Source of the DNA: a virus
Taxonomy: Duplodnaviria > Caudoviricetes
Direction: 5' to 3' (one strand)
Length of the DNA: 55,026 bases
IMG/VR virus record: IMGVR_UViG_3300012665_000831
Span: 1 to 55,026 of that record
Each line of letters begins with the position of its first letter. Within the stretch, counting starts at the first letter, position 1. Under the pieces are notes generated by a model, which did no database searches, was not told the origin of the DNA, and worked only from the letters and a program-made list of their open reading frames with translations. Position numbers and translations under genes: made by a program. Positions 10,301-16,236 of the stretch are shown in pieces.

Positions 10301-11757
10301 TTTAAAGCTACTAGGATTGTTCTATAATTTGATTGAATAATTAAGTCAAGGCAAATTGAATCAATTACACTACCAATGTATGAGCTTAAATTAGGGTTGC
10401 TATAAGCAAAGTTTAAGATTGAATCTCTAACAAATTTAATACCGTCAACAGTTTGAATTAACTGATCAGCTAATACTTTAGAACTTGATTGATCGTAATA
10501 TTTTGTTCCTGCTAATACAGAGTTGTATGTAGTATCTAATACCAAGTCATACATAACCGCATCGATCATATAGCCAACATCGCGGCTACATTTTGCTTTG
10601 TCAAAAGTGAATACGTTTACATATTTGTTATTGATATAGGCAATAGTTTCATACTGAATAAATTCTTTGTTAGCACGTAACAAGTCAAATGCATTTACAT
10701 ATCCGGTGTCACCACTATTACCACCGGCTAATGTTACGCTGGTAACTTCACTAAATGTTTGATCAGGACCTTGTGTATAAGCTAAACGCTGACGATATGG
10801 ACCTGGTTCTGTTTGTGCAATGCTGATTAACCCTTCAGCGGCGAGTGCGGCTGCACCAATAGATTTATAAGCATAGTTCCAGAAGCGACCTTCTTTACCG
10901 CGCGGGCTAAGAGCTTGTGTATCATCGCCCTTTGTAGTAACAAACAAGTTGATAGCACTTGAATATGTTGAATTATCAACATAATATTTTGTTGCGGCCT
11001 GTAAATCATCAGCACCGTTTGGTGTACCTATTCCAGCAATCGCACCTGGGTGATCGTTTAACAACAACGGACCAGTCATCGAATCACCACCGCGGAATAC
11101 TACATTCTTACGTGGAAGTGCTTCTGATGCAACATAGTTACTGTTTAATAACGGATCGTAGTCAGCGTCAAGAATTTGCGGAACTAACGGTTCATCACGA
11201 ACACGTAGCGCATCTCCAATAACGCCACCTTGTGATCTAACATAGTGTGTATCTGCATATCCCTTGCTAATTGCAAGTTCATCAATAGTTGTAGTTGTAC
11301 CACGTGGACCGTGTACAGCATTGAAAGCATTTACTAAGTCTTGTGACGGGTCAGGTACCTTACCAATAGGAAATTGGTTAGAATTTAATGGGCCGCCTAA
11401 TCTTGGAGCAGGGTCACTAGCAGTTGTTGATAAGCTGTTGGTAATAGTAACTTTATCTGGATCAGTTGTATCAATACTAATACCTTCACCAGCAAACAAG
11501 GTCTTTGCCGCTAGTCCACTACCGTCTGTTTTAGAAATAATAACACGGTTTTGTCCGTAGTCTGCTACATATCCTTCGCCGTCAATGTAGCGCAATTCTT
11601 GTGCATCACCTAAATTAGTTAGGCCAATCGCACCACCTGCGCCGAAAATTGCATAAATTTCGTTAAAGTTTTCATTTACTTTACGAAACGACTCACGGAT
11701 ACTATCACCCGTACCATCGTTGCCTTGTACTCCAATATCAATTTCTTGACGTGCCAT
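1300..11757 (-). CDS. Giant virion structural/fibre protein (3485 aa)
   Basis: N-terminus IDIGVQGNDGTGDSIRESFRKVNENFNEIY is gp9/gp10-like; beta-helix motifs (VEAGIYYEDYPIKLPTNCSIKGDEFRRTIVRP); CxRD helical repeats; Thr/Gly-rich distal part; C-terminal ADLAEYY...GRVPCKV...KGDML peptidase G2-type intramolecular chaperone. Confidence 0.85.
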   Translation of the reverse strand: MARQEIDIGVQGNDGTGDSIRESFRKVNENFNEIYAIFGAGGAIGLTNLGDAQELRYIDGEGYVADYGQNRVIISKTDGSGLAAKTLFAGEGISIDTTDPDKVTITNSLSTTASDPAPRLGGPLNSNQFPIGKVPDPSQDLVNAFNAVHGPRGTTTTIDELAISKGYADTHYVRSQGGVIGDALRVRDEPLVPQILDADYDPLLNSNYVASEALPRKNVVFRGGDSMTGPLLLNDHPGAIAGIGTPNGADDLQAATKYYVDNSTYSSAINLFVTTKGDDTQALSPRGKEGRFWNYAYKSIGAAALAAEGLISIAQTEPGPYRQRLAYTQGPDQTFSEVTSVTLAGGNSGDTGYVNAFDLLRANKEFIQYETIAYINNKYVNVFTFDKAKCSRDVGYMIDAVMYDLVLDTTYNSVLAGTKYYDQSSSKVLADQLIQTVDGIKFVRDSILNFAYSNPNLSSYIGSVIDSICLDLIIQSNYRTILVALKYSSADTGIDVEQMIGVLTNLKSSILTIAAVTAAPAAVKSVSDNINLIISIIQGTDDPVPTLPSITGITKGARSDTRELLINNVEFIQAEIIARLQTEFPGLQYSQETCKRDVRLIVFAIIYDVLYGNGTTGVNVASVYAGQQYWNGVTRQIANAELSATLDSVDYINELAQAIIQNQTPTVVYQTTKKQYRNQTYSRVSGSGTDAVATRTRISELATIVKNLVSVNTPPTIVDIDVSPSGGTSSVLRAARTGILGTANANRTILRNAAITYVNETYPIITDSAALVKINSCFQIIIDMLELGLSARPEIIYNDPENISLGYDSARELMLANIPFLQAEIIGWVETNYSGFNFNAATCQRDLKYIIESIAYDVTYGGNYASVFSGEQYWVGTLSQVNGQITQTVEAINYIQNIIAQIIANVEVTTSYQSPSFQVAQVIDLNFADGTEASSKINTLFTNIKDLIATESLTVDTVYPDLTGYAQGLQDIRLTVLEEKTNIQDNTIKYLDVTYKGGFNYDEAICFRDVGYIIEAMAIDLVTGGTYQSINAGKSYYRNTSAKSIAIGTQYKETLDGINYAKAVATQVLNQTTATRYQTLYTQTINISGTLPSADYGMIGNRGAPSQPAIDDFVVNMNTLIGIIVNGFGAAPTATFGSGLWTIRFTNGGNGYVDQGNPANNDILPAKVLVGVSSSAYANIVTYNPGLSNTSDSITARLTKPGYYQVGELLEFGESVKDLQIVIFVEAGIYYEDYPIKLPTNCSIKGDEFRRTIVRPKDRISQSPWRKVLFYRDAIIDAMELGPIDTATDYATNTTLNISATSGVMVATLGTGQAPSSWIGKVLVIPGTNPLPGKAVVDSVSGNFMNCSVIYPFDISGLRQSGDWNLYSTINYGRHYLVDPLDIDSLPKNNKEMDIFLCNDAVRISNMSFQGHGGFAMVLDPEGQILTKSPYGQVCSSFSQSINRKRFAGGQYIDGFAGRLKGTITAVANNGGTLTITGEVNSGLDVRAPQPPCAFFISGTRYQINDIVSYNASTRTVVMTMDTATPWNGGFVYDKVKCERDVGLIIDSVMYDLVTGSNFQSINAGRSYLRAYSSLVRGNVQLNKTIQAINEAKNQVLATIPGNATAQAIIEDRMSIIVDIFANGEASVPVSSYPALTWQTSPYTNARDILAANRSYIQKEIVSWIGANYNVAQIPNYSVSICYRDVGYVVDALIYDLMYGGNSMTQDAGLAYFRGTTSYIAGEETVTIAAYNRMKTVLQQIVVNTDVTESVGNTFTQVTNLPASNSTVATAVGALVDILNDILLGGTTTTPYTPPSNFTGVSSLLTGARTTILGAKASIAAGIIVYLSEGLGTTINIEMGGNKSMLANDFAMINDLGYGIVANNGGVTEQVSTFSYYCHTHYWASNGGQIRSVAGSNSHGTYGLRATGYDVTELPDEVNLADNMIQVARVYKQGLFANEMTPTVAKQSLAVYITDYDYGPQNISELEIDHTLAGSGITRYEVNAVERTAVTVNGVNILKLNLSTAGNNGTSSVGLVTALYNGQLVTIRTLQNNKYLGIANVNPTRPSTALQYSDNLASIYRVITYNLTEGTGELLPANQAVLSTDTSFSYYKPVIDPAKISQTDPIEPSKTMGLNVGDTRIAILAFSKQTIIDQINKGTYITGWNGRIHNVNSYTPTPDTVFATYNPVGSSGTTLKVSDTTGMHAGMEVSGNGFVSGQTIASITNSTTLVLSGAPDSTPGANLSFISNRPPYLTIEDTPLYNIGGVGTIIPGMTFRSIADSSIATTKLITFDTPWQLTQQSVDSYVNVADNANTLYNGPKQVTAIVSETLVTVSSTASLDVGMIVTGATITGNVNLTEIVSLTQFKVSPAIYLPAGTSVTATKVATLGSVTIVNGGSGYLTPPVITISGGGATIDALVTCTISGGSIDTVTVVNPGYNYTSLPDLQVEVAGDNNAILVPVLTAASSTNVTATAGVNTSTMTLAYKTDPNTSGTISATEVTTNLITMSTISNLYVGNTIVFTGVGFGNLVTGTTYYIAYASAGKIKVATSYANAIAGTFFALTTASGAMTFLANSFNFGTPITATGFGSKTAGSGTTYSVVLNFGATTAPATGKYYQIVGNTNPIYNGLYLCTASSTTSITLTYPYDPGTWSSATTTTITKEVTSATNVASGIGKPFNNIDATTIRLGYAAGTQGQVTTRISTCRATGHDFLDIGTGGYSTTNYPYQIYGNPAITRKPENETYEEGVGRVFYVTTDQNGIFRVGRFFTVDQGTGTVTFSASIALSNLDGIGFKRGVVVSEFSTDASFTNNAPDAVPVQSATRGYIDKRLGLDHGGGPISASNLVGPGYLALNGALAMKGNINANNFKLINLAPPTDINDAVSKTYVDAQIKLYDQLTELLDVEVFTPVSGDIAAFAGGSKAMISATPAGDMSATLTNAVPTTLAVAITSLLAGAVTTITVANASSFGAGPGYVKVGNEIFFYSSTNYGANRLDGVQRLSTTTDTKFGISTGNTAATHTTGTSVVDLLNAQVNFQINPGVIVNADVNAAAAIVQSKLSMTLADVSASAPTGTAAQKQAASGLASFDSANFNITDGWVGIKDGGVARTEMANIGNGSILANFTGSATYPREESAQTLLDAGFNLKFTSGVGAMTYGGTNGSASILAISTDGTNSTLVKYGTAGEIDTKQLKVDGYKIIDTGSNAVDFFTPAGFKYLSAIGSSSGTAVASGFGTWDISGGTLKATTITTGSAATAGTITGQYAVQSSSQVDFSLGILKSTTLTTGAASTAGTVVGNWALGASSQLDATAGTLKSYTLTAGTAATTGTITGAWSLATTSSITLGTGSIDARTGTLYSTTLNAGSAGTAGNIVGNWGINGSLAATYGADLAEYYSADKEYEVGTVLVFGGDAEVTTTTTIGDTRLAGVISTNPAYIMNDQLQGPRALIALAGRVPCKVLGRIKKGDMLTTSGTPGVAVRAHDPKLGSIIGKALEDKDTGEISVIEVAIGKV
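1690..2140 (-). repeat. About four tandem ~35-aa repeats at the distal end of the giant protein
   Basis: LKATTITTGSAATAGTITGQY / LKSTTLTTGAASTAGTVVGNW / LKSYTLTAGTAATTGTITGAW / LYSTTLNAGSAGTAGNIVGNW. Confidence 0.8.
6640..10610 (-). repeat. Six dispersed helical repeats C-x-R-D-[VL]-x-[YL]...D-[LV] in the giant protein
   Basis: KCSRDVGY, TCKRDVRL, TCQRDLKY, ICFRDVGY, KCERDVGL, ICYRDVGY. Confidence 0.85.
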
Positions 11758-11763
11758 ATTTTT

Positions 11764-12087
11764 TTAAACTCCGAAGCTTGCCCCACATCCGCACGTTGAT
11801 TGTGCGTTGGGATTTGTTATTGAAAAGGTAGAACCTATTAGTTCTTCCTTATAATCTATTTCTGCACCTTGCAGATACTGCATACTCATAGCATCAATGA
11901 GTACTTTAAACTCGCCTAACGGTACTTCAAAATCGTCTTCATTTTGAATATCGTCAAATGTGAAACCATAACTAAAACCACTGCATCCGCCGCCTTGTAC
12001 AAATGTACGCAATGATAGCTTAGGATTCCCTTCTTCGTATAGAAGATCAGTAATTTTTGTCTTTGCTGATTCGGTTATTGTTATCAC
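11764..12087 (-). CDS. erpA: A-type Fe-S cluster carrier (ErpA/IscA, HesB family)
   Basis: [31 protein letters not shown] motifs. Confidence 0.92.
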   Translation of the reverse strand: MITITESAKTKITDLLYEEGNPKLSLRTFVQGGGCSGFSYGFTFDDIQNEDDFEVPLGEFKVLIDAMSMQYLQGAEIDYKEELIGSTFSITNPNAQSTCGCGASFGV

Positions 12088-12092
12088 AATGT

Positions 12093-12119
12093 GCCCTCGA
12101 TATGATATTTATCAAAGGC
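12093..12119 (-). promoter_or_regulatory. Late promoter (TAAATA) in a hairpin that occludes the erpA RBS
   Basis: Minus-strand GCCUUUGAUA pairs with UAUCGAGGGC (10 bp including G-U); GAGG lies in the 3' arm. Confidence 0.6.
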
Positions 12120-12147
12120 GTTTTATAACCTTTATGTAAATACGTTT

Positions 12148-12435
12148 ATGTTCTTAAAACTAGAATATCAAGAAACTACGCATACTAGACCTAGTAAACT
12201 AGGCCATACTCACGAATATACTCGTCGCAAGACTATAGTAGTGTTTAGATGCGACAGTTGTACAGAGGTGTTTAAAAGGGATAAAGGAGCAATGAGTCCA
12301 AAGCGTTTGAGTAATAACTACTTTCATGTATGTACAAATTGTGATAGTAAACGTTTTGCACAGCGGAAGGGTGTAGAGCGCAAACACGTATGGGATATGC
12401 CTGCTTCAAGCCTAAAAGACATTAGTCAGTTATAA
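12148..12435 (+). CDS. Small putative zinc-binding protein
   Basis: CDSC...CTNC; TAAATA 5 nt before the ATG. Confidence 0.7.
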   Translation: MFLKLEYQETTHTRPSKLGHTHEYTRRKTIVVFRCDSCTEVFKRDKGAMSPKRLSNNYFHVCTNCDSKRFAQRKGVERKHVWDMPASSLKDISQL

Positions 12436-12460
12436 ATAAAACTCCAAGGAGGACATTAAA

Positions 12461-12715
12461 ATGTTCAAAGCAATTAAAGAATTCTTTACAGGCAAACCAG
12501 CTCCAGTAGAGACACCAGCTCCAGTAGCTGAATATAAAGTAGAAGCACCATTAGTACAATTAGGCCCAGAGCCAACACCTATCGCAGAACAAGCTACACA
12601 AGCAGTTGTTGAAAGTATTGCTCCAGCCAAGAAAAAGCCGGCTGCTAAAAAAGCACCGGCTGCTAAAAAGGCTACTGCTAAAAAACCACGTGCTCCAAAA
12701 GTACCAAAGGTTTAA
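12461..12715 (+). CDS. Small Lys/Ala/Pro-rich protein with histone-H1-like tail
   Basis: KKPAAKKAPAAKKATAKKPRAPK; AGGAGG RBS and TATAAATA upstream. Confidence 0.75.
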   Translation: MFKAIKEFFTGKPAPVETPAPVAEYKVEAPLVQLGPEPTPIAEQATQAVVESIAPAKKKPAAKKAPAAKKATAKKPRAPKVPKV

Positions 12716-14277
12716 CTAGGTAGTTGTTTTAATCGTTCGATGTAATTATCGACAAAACGAGTTCTGTAACCTGTATCGAAAGTAACACGATCACTTCGAT
12801 GCAGGTTAATCATGTAATTCATCTGATCTTCGGGGACTCCCATGTTCCTCATGCCGTGATACACTATCCACGCATCTTTCTCCCCAACATACATTTTTTC
12901 TTTAAAATCTTGTCGAATTTTAATAGCATCAGCAAGACTAAATCCAACATTGTTAACCCAATGCTCTGGATGTCCGGCATGTGGAAAAGTATATCCGTAC
13001 TTTTCTGGATACTTTTCAAAATCGCTAACCCATATATTTTGAACAACTTTATACGAAGTCATTGCCAGCGGCAACACTTTTGCTTGGGTTAGAGGAAAAT
13101 CAGGGTCTAATACTTCTGAAACCCAGCTACGTGTACTGGCATCAGTATCATGTGGTAGACCCATAATAAACTGAGCATCAACATATGCATCAGTACAGGT
13201 ATCTTTAATTTTCTCTAGCGTACTAATAATTTTATCTCTTGAAATGCCCTTACCGATACTCTTGTTAGATTCGTAATTAAGACTCTCAATACCTAAACTA
13301 AAGCCACCAACTCCGGATGCATGTAGCAACTCAATAGTATGCGGGTGTGCATTCATCAAATCTAATCGCATATATGCATTAAAATTTAGTCTAAATTTGA
13401 GTTTAGAAAACACTTGGTTATATAAAATCTCTAACTTTTCAGGACTATCGTTAAACGTATCGTCTAAGAACCAATACTTTGTTGTACCAAATCTATCGTA
13501 GTTTTCTTGAAGTTGATCTAATATAATAGCTGGATCTTTTAGATAGTCTAATTTCTTACGTCCGTTTAACGGATATGCACAGAAATTACATTTAAAAATG
13601 CACCCCCTGGCTATCTCCATTGGCAATGCTTCATCGTGATTGACTAGATCTCTTTCATCCCATGTAAACTTATGATTATTATAATCAAATGTAGAGGCCT
13701 TGTGATCATTGTCGATCCTAACAGACCCGTCTAAGTTTTTTGTCAATTGTATAAAAGGATTTTTTCCTTCTAAATACTTTGACCATTTAACTACACTTGT
13801 ATCTGCATACCCTTCGATATAACAGTCGATGTACGGCCCGTTGTCAACATACGGCAGCTCTTCTGCATTAAAATGCCCAATAATTGCTCGACCTCCACCA
13901 ATAACAAACTTACATTTAGGGCTTCTTTTTAAAACTGATCGTTTGATAAGTGCCAACTCTTCGTCGGAGAATAACACGGTATTTGCAACGATTGTTCTTG
14001 TGTCTTTGAATACTGCGCCTGGATCTATGACTGAATCAGGTCCTATCATTTTCTTAAACCATGTGGTACTAAACCCAATCCATAGTGTATCTTCTTGAAC
14101 AAAGTGCTCGAACAGATCTATTACAGTTTGATAACCTTTTTTTGCAATATAGGGAAAGCTATCGATTACTTGTACAGTATACCCTTCGTTTCGTAGCACA
14201 TTTGCTAATTGATACGTACCAACTGGTCGCATGTAGGGCAACCATGAAATACCTGCACACAGAATAATTTGAGCCAT
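12712..14277 (-). CDS. B12-binding-domain radical SAM protein
   Basis: EIARGCIFKCNFC (CxxxCxxC), DDTFN, GIES; N-terminal LANVLRNEGYTVQVID...IGFST...VIGG. Confidence 0.88.
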   Translation of the reverse strand: MAQIILCAGISWLPYMRPVGTYQLANVLRNEGYTVQVIDSFPYIAKKGYQTVIDLFEHFVQEDTLWIGFSTTWFKKMIGPDSVIDPGAVFKDTRTIVANTVLFSDEELALIKRSVLKRSPKCKFVIGGGRAIIGHFNAEELPYVDNGPYIDCYIEGYADTSVVKWSKYLEGKNPFIQLTKNLDGSVRIDNDHKASTFDYNNHKFTWDERDLVNHDEALPMEIARGCIFKCNFCAYPLNGRKKLDYLKDPAIILDQLQENYDRFGTTKYWFLDDTFNDSPEKLEILYNQVFSKLKFRLNFNAYMRLDLMNAHPHTIELLHASGVGGFSLGIESLNYESNKSIGKGISRDKIISTLEKIKDTCTDAYVDAQFIMGLPHDTDASTRSWVSEVLDPDFPLTQAKVLPLAMTSYKVVQNIWVSDFEKYPEKYGYTFPHAGHPEHWVNNVGFSLADAIKIRQDFKEKMYVGEKDAWIVYHGMRNMGVPEDQMNYMINLHRSDRVTFDTGYRTRFVDNYIERLKQLPS

Positions 14278-14299
14278 TGAAAATACCTTTGTTGAGTAT

Positions 14300-15322
14300 T
14301 TATAACCCTAGTTTATTTGCGTGTTCAAAAAGAGAGAAGCTAGCCAAATTCTTACCCTTGCTCTCGCACATGATGTCAAAATTATTCCAGAAACTCAATG
14401 CCCACTCGTTAGTACTTTTATTCCAATAGAAGTCACTATGTGCTCTGAGTTTTTGTTTCTTGTAACCATCTAAAAGAAGTTGGGCATGATCAGGTGAGGT
14501 AAGTGTGTCGTGATGGACGAGATAATCTTCACGACTAACTGAATAATGACAAGTAGGGCGCAGACCGCGCCAACTGTCCACGACACGCATAACACGATTA
14601 TCGTCTGCGCTGAGATATTCCCCTTCACGTATCCAGTGATGGTGTATATCAAGCACAATAGGAACGATATCGCTAATAGATAAGCAATCATTTAATCCCC
14701 ATGAGTTTTCTTCGTTTTCAATTGTAATACAATTCCGGGCTTCGGGGGTAAGTCTTTTGTAGGCAGATCGAATACCTTCGGGACCTTGTTTACCCGAGAT
14801 GTGGACATTGATCTTGAAGTCTTGAAATGATTTACCGTAGCCCATGTACCTGGCCATATCTGCATGATATTCAAACTCCTCTATACTACGTTCGACAATA
14901 CCTTCATTACAACTAGCAAGAACAGTAAACTGACCTGGATGCATAGACAAGCGAACATTACGATTACGAGCCAAGTCTCCAATTTTTCTAAAGTTGGATT
15001 CGAGGTACTGCACAACATCAGGCCTGCGCCAAAAGTAACTAAAGTCAGGCTGAGTATAAACAGGAAGAATATCGCTTGATAAGCGTACCATACGTAAAGA
15101 AGCATCTAATTCACCTACTCTTTTTACAAGTTTGTGGGTTGATTCGATGTTCTGAACCATAAGGTCCCAAAGTTTTTGTTCTGCTACATCTTGAGTTTGT
15201 CGCTTGAGCCAACTAACTGTAGTGCTACCAGTGTTATACTGTTTAGCATCGTCGGTTGCTTTAATACCGTTAACTTGATCTGCATGATCGATCCATTTAC
15301 ATGCGAAGCCTATTCGTTTCAT
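14300..15322 (-). CDS. uvsE: UV-damage endonuclease UvsE/UVDE
   Basis: RIGFACK, RLSSDILP, RLSMHPGQF, ENEE, VLDIHHH, RAHSD; start reassigned to ATG 15322 (TAATG overlap). Confidence 0.93.
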   Translation of the reverse strand: MKRIGFACKWIDHADQVNGIKATDDAKQYNTGSTTVSWLKRQTQDVAEQKLWDLMVQNIESTHKLVKRVGELDASLRMVRLSSDILPVYTQPDFSYFWRRPDVVQYLESNFRKIGDLARNRNVRLSMHPGQFTVLASCNEGIVERSIEEFEYHADMARYMGYGKSFQDFKINVHISGKQGPEGIRSAYKRLTPEARNCITIENEENSWGLNDCLSISDIVPIVLDIHHHWIREGEYLSADDNRVMRVVDSWRGLRPTCHYSVSREDYLVHHDTLTSPDHAQLLLDGYKKQKLRAHSDFYWNKSTNEWALSFWNNFDIMCESKGKNLASFSLFEHANKLGL

Positions 15323-15486
15323 TACCAATGCCTTATGACGCCTGCGATTATAAAAATGTTTGTAAGTATATATGATAACACAATTACAGTACGAATGCAA
15401 GCAATACGGTCCGATTCCTCGTCTGTATTGCCTGATTTTTCACCTAGTGCTTTAGCCCAAATGCGCCAAATTTTATTTTTTGTCAT
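15322..15486 (-). CDS. Small membrane protein (54 aa; absent from ORF track)
   Basis: MTKNKIWRIWAKALGEKSGNTDEESDRIACIRTVIVLSYILTNIFIIAGVIRHW; stop overlaps uvsE start. Confidence 0.75.
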   Translation of the reverse strand: MTKNKIWRIWAKALGEKSGNTDEESDRIACIRTVIVLSYILTNIFIIAGVIRHW

Positions 15487-15616
15487 CGGGTTTAACTATC
15501 CCGTACTGTTTATAAAGCCAATTGATAAACTGCTCAATTGATAAATTAGGACTTACCTGTCTGCTGTATTCTTTATACGCAACAGTCACTCGTTCTAACC
15601 AATCCTTGTCAATCAT
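15473..15616 (-). CDS. Hypothetical protein (47 aa; absent from ORF track)
   Basis: MIDKDWLERVTVAYKEYSRQVSPNLSIEQFINWLYKQYGIVKPDDKK; ATGA overlap with queD stop. Confidence 0.65.
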   Translation of the reverse strand: MIDKDWLERVTVAYKEYSRQVSPNLSIEQFINWLYKQYGIVKPDDKK

Positions 15617-16119
15617 GCAAACAAGTCCTCATTCCATTCACGGTGACCTTCACGATATGCCATATTGCTTTGAGTTTCTCTAACTTCTACACGATAGCAC
15701 CAAAGACGTTTGCTTTCACCGTCACCCCACATATCTGGAATGTAAACACCATTGACATACTTGTAGAGCATATCGCTTAGTGCTTCACAACCTAGTGCTG
15801 GAAGGATAGTTAGTTTAGCCAACTTACGGCGTTCCATTTCCTTGTAGAACTCAAGTTCTGGATCATCCTGCGCTACCAAAGTAGTGTGATCAAACTGATC
15901 TTCTAAGATTTTTTTGAGTTCTTTTAAGCCACCATAGTCAGCCGCCCAGTTACGAACGTCTAGATCATTAGTTCCAAAAAAGAACTTCATTGAAAAACTG
16001 TAACCGTGATTTAGATTACAGTGACTATCAGCTCGCCATTGGCGATACGCACATGGAAAGGCGTCGTGATACTCTTTTGTTGATGTGTACTTGTATTGTA
16101 CGGGTTGAAGATTTGCCAT
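15613..16119 (-). CDS. queD: 6-pyruvoyl-tetrahydropterin synthase / QueD-family protein
   Basis: HCNLNHGYS, DYGGLKELKKILEDQFDHT, VEVRET; strong AAGGAG RBS. Confidence 0.85.
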   Translation of the reverse strand: MANLQPVQYKYTSTKEYHDAFPCAYRQWRADSHCNLNHGYSFSMKFFFGTNDLDVRNWAADYGGLKELKKILEDQFDHTTLVAQDDPELEFYKEMERRKLAKLTILPALGCEALSDMLYKYVNGVYIPDMWGDGESKRLWCYRVEVRETQSNMAYREGHREWNEDLFA

Positions 16120-16203
16120 CTCTAGTCTCCTTTGTAAGGTAGCAAGTTTGACGACATGCAGAGTTTATATAGCGGGATGAATGACGTTGAAGTCCGCTGT
16201 ATA
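16120..16203 (-). ncRNA. Candidate cis-regulatory leader RNA resembling a preQ1-I riboswitch variant
   Basis: AGCGG-ACUUCAACGUCAUUCAUC-CCGCU-AUAUAAACU: 5-bp stem, CAUC just before the 3' strand, A-rich tail; lies between the promoter and queD. Confidence 0.5.
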
Positions 16204-16206
16204 GTA

Positions 16207-16234
16207 ATTATACACTTTTAACAGTAAAGGTCAA
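16207..16234 (-). promoter_or_regulatory. sigma70-type promoter for queD
   Basis: TTGACC-N16-TATAAT. Confidence 0.7.
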
Positions 16235-16236
16235 CG

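Noticed and set aside
6640-10610. Actual phycobiliprotein genes or proof of a cyanobacterial host
   Set aside because: The motifs are internal repeats of a virion protein; no bilin reductase, lyase or photosystem genes occur in the window.
244-11560. Numerous plus-strand ORFs in the track
   Set aside because: Antisense shadows of the two long minus-strand fibre genes, with no recognisable motifs.
15323-15400. Track's N-terminal extension of uvsE (similar extensions for clpP and ORFs 42733, 47069, 31496)
   Set aside because: The extensions overlap neighbouring genes or promoters; downstream ATGs fit family N-termini and coupling/promoter spacing better.
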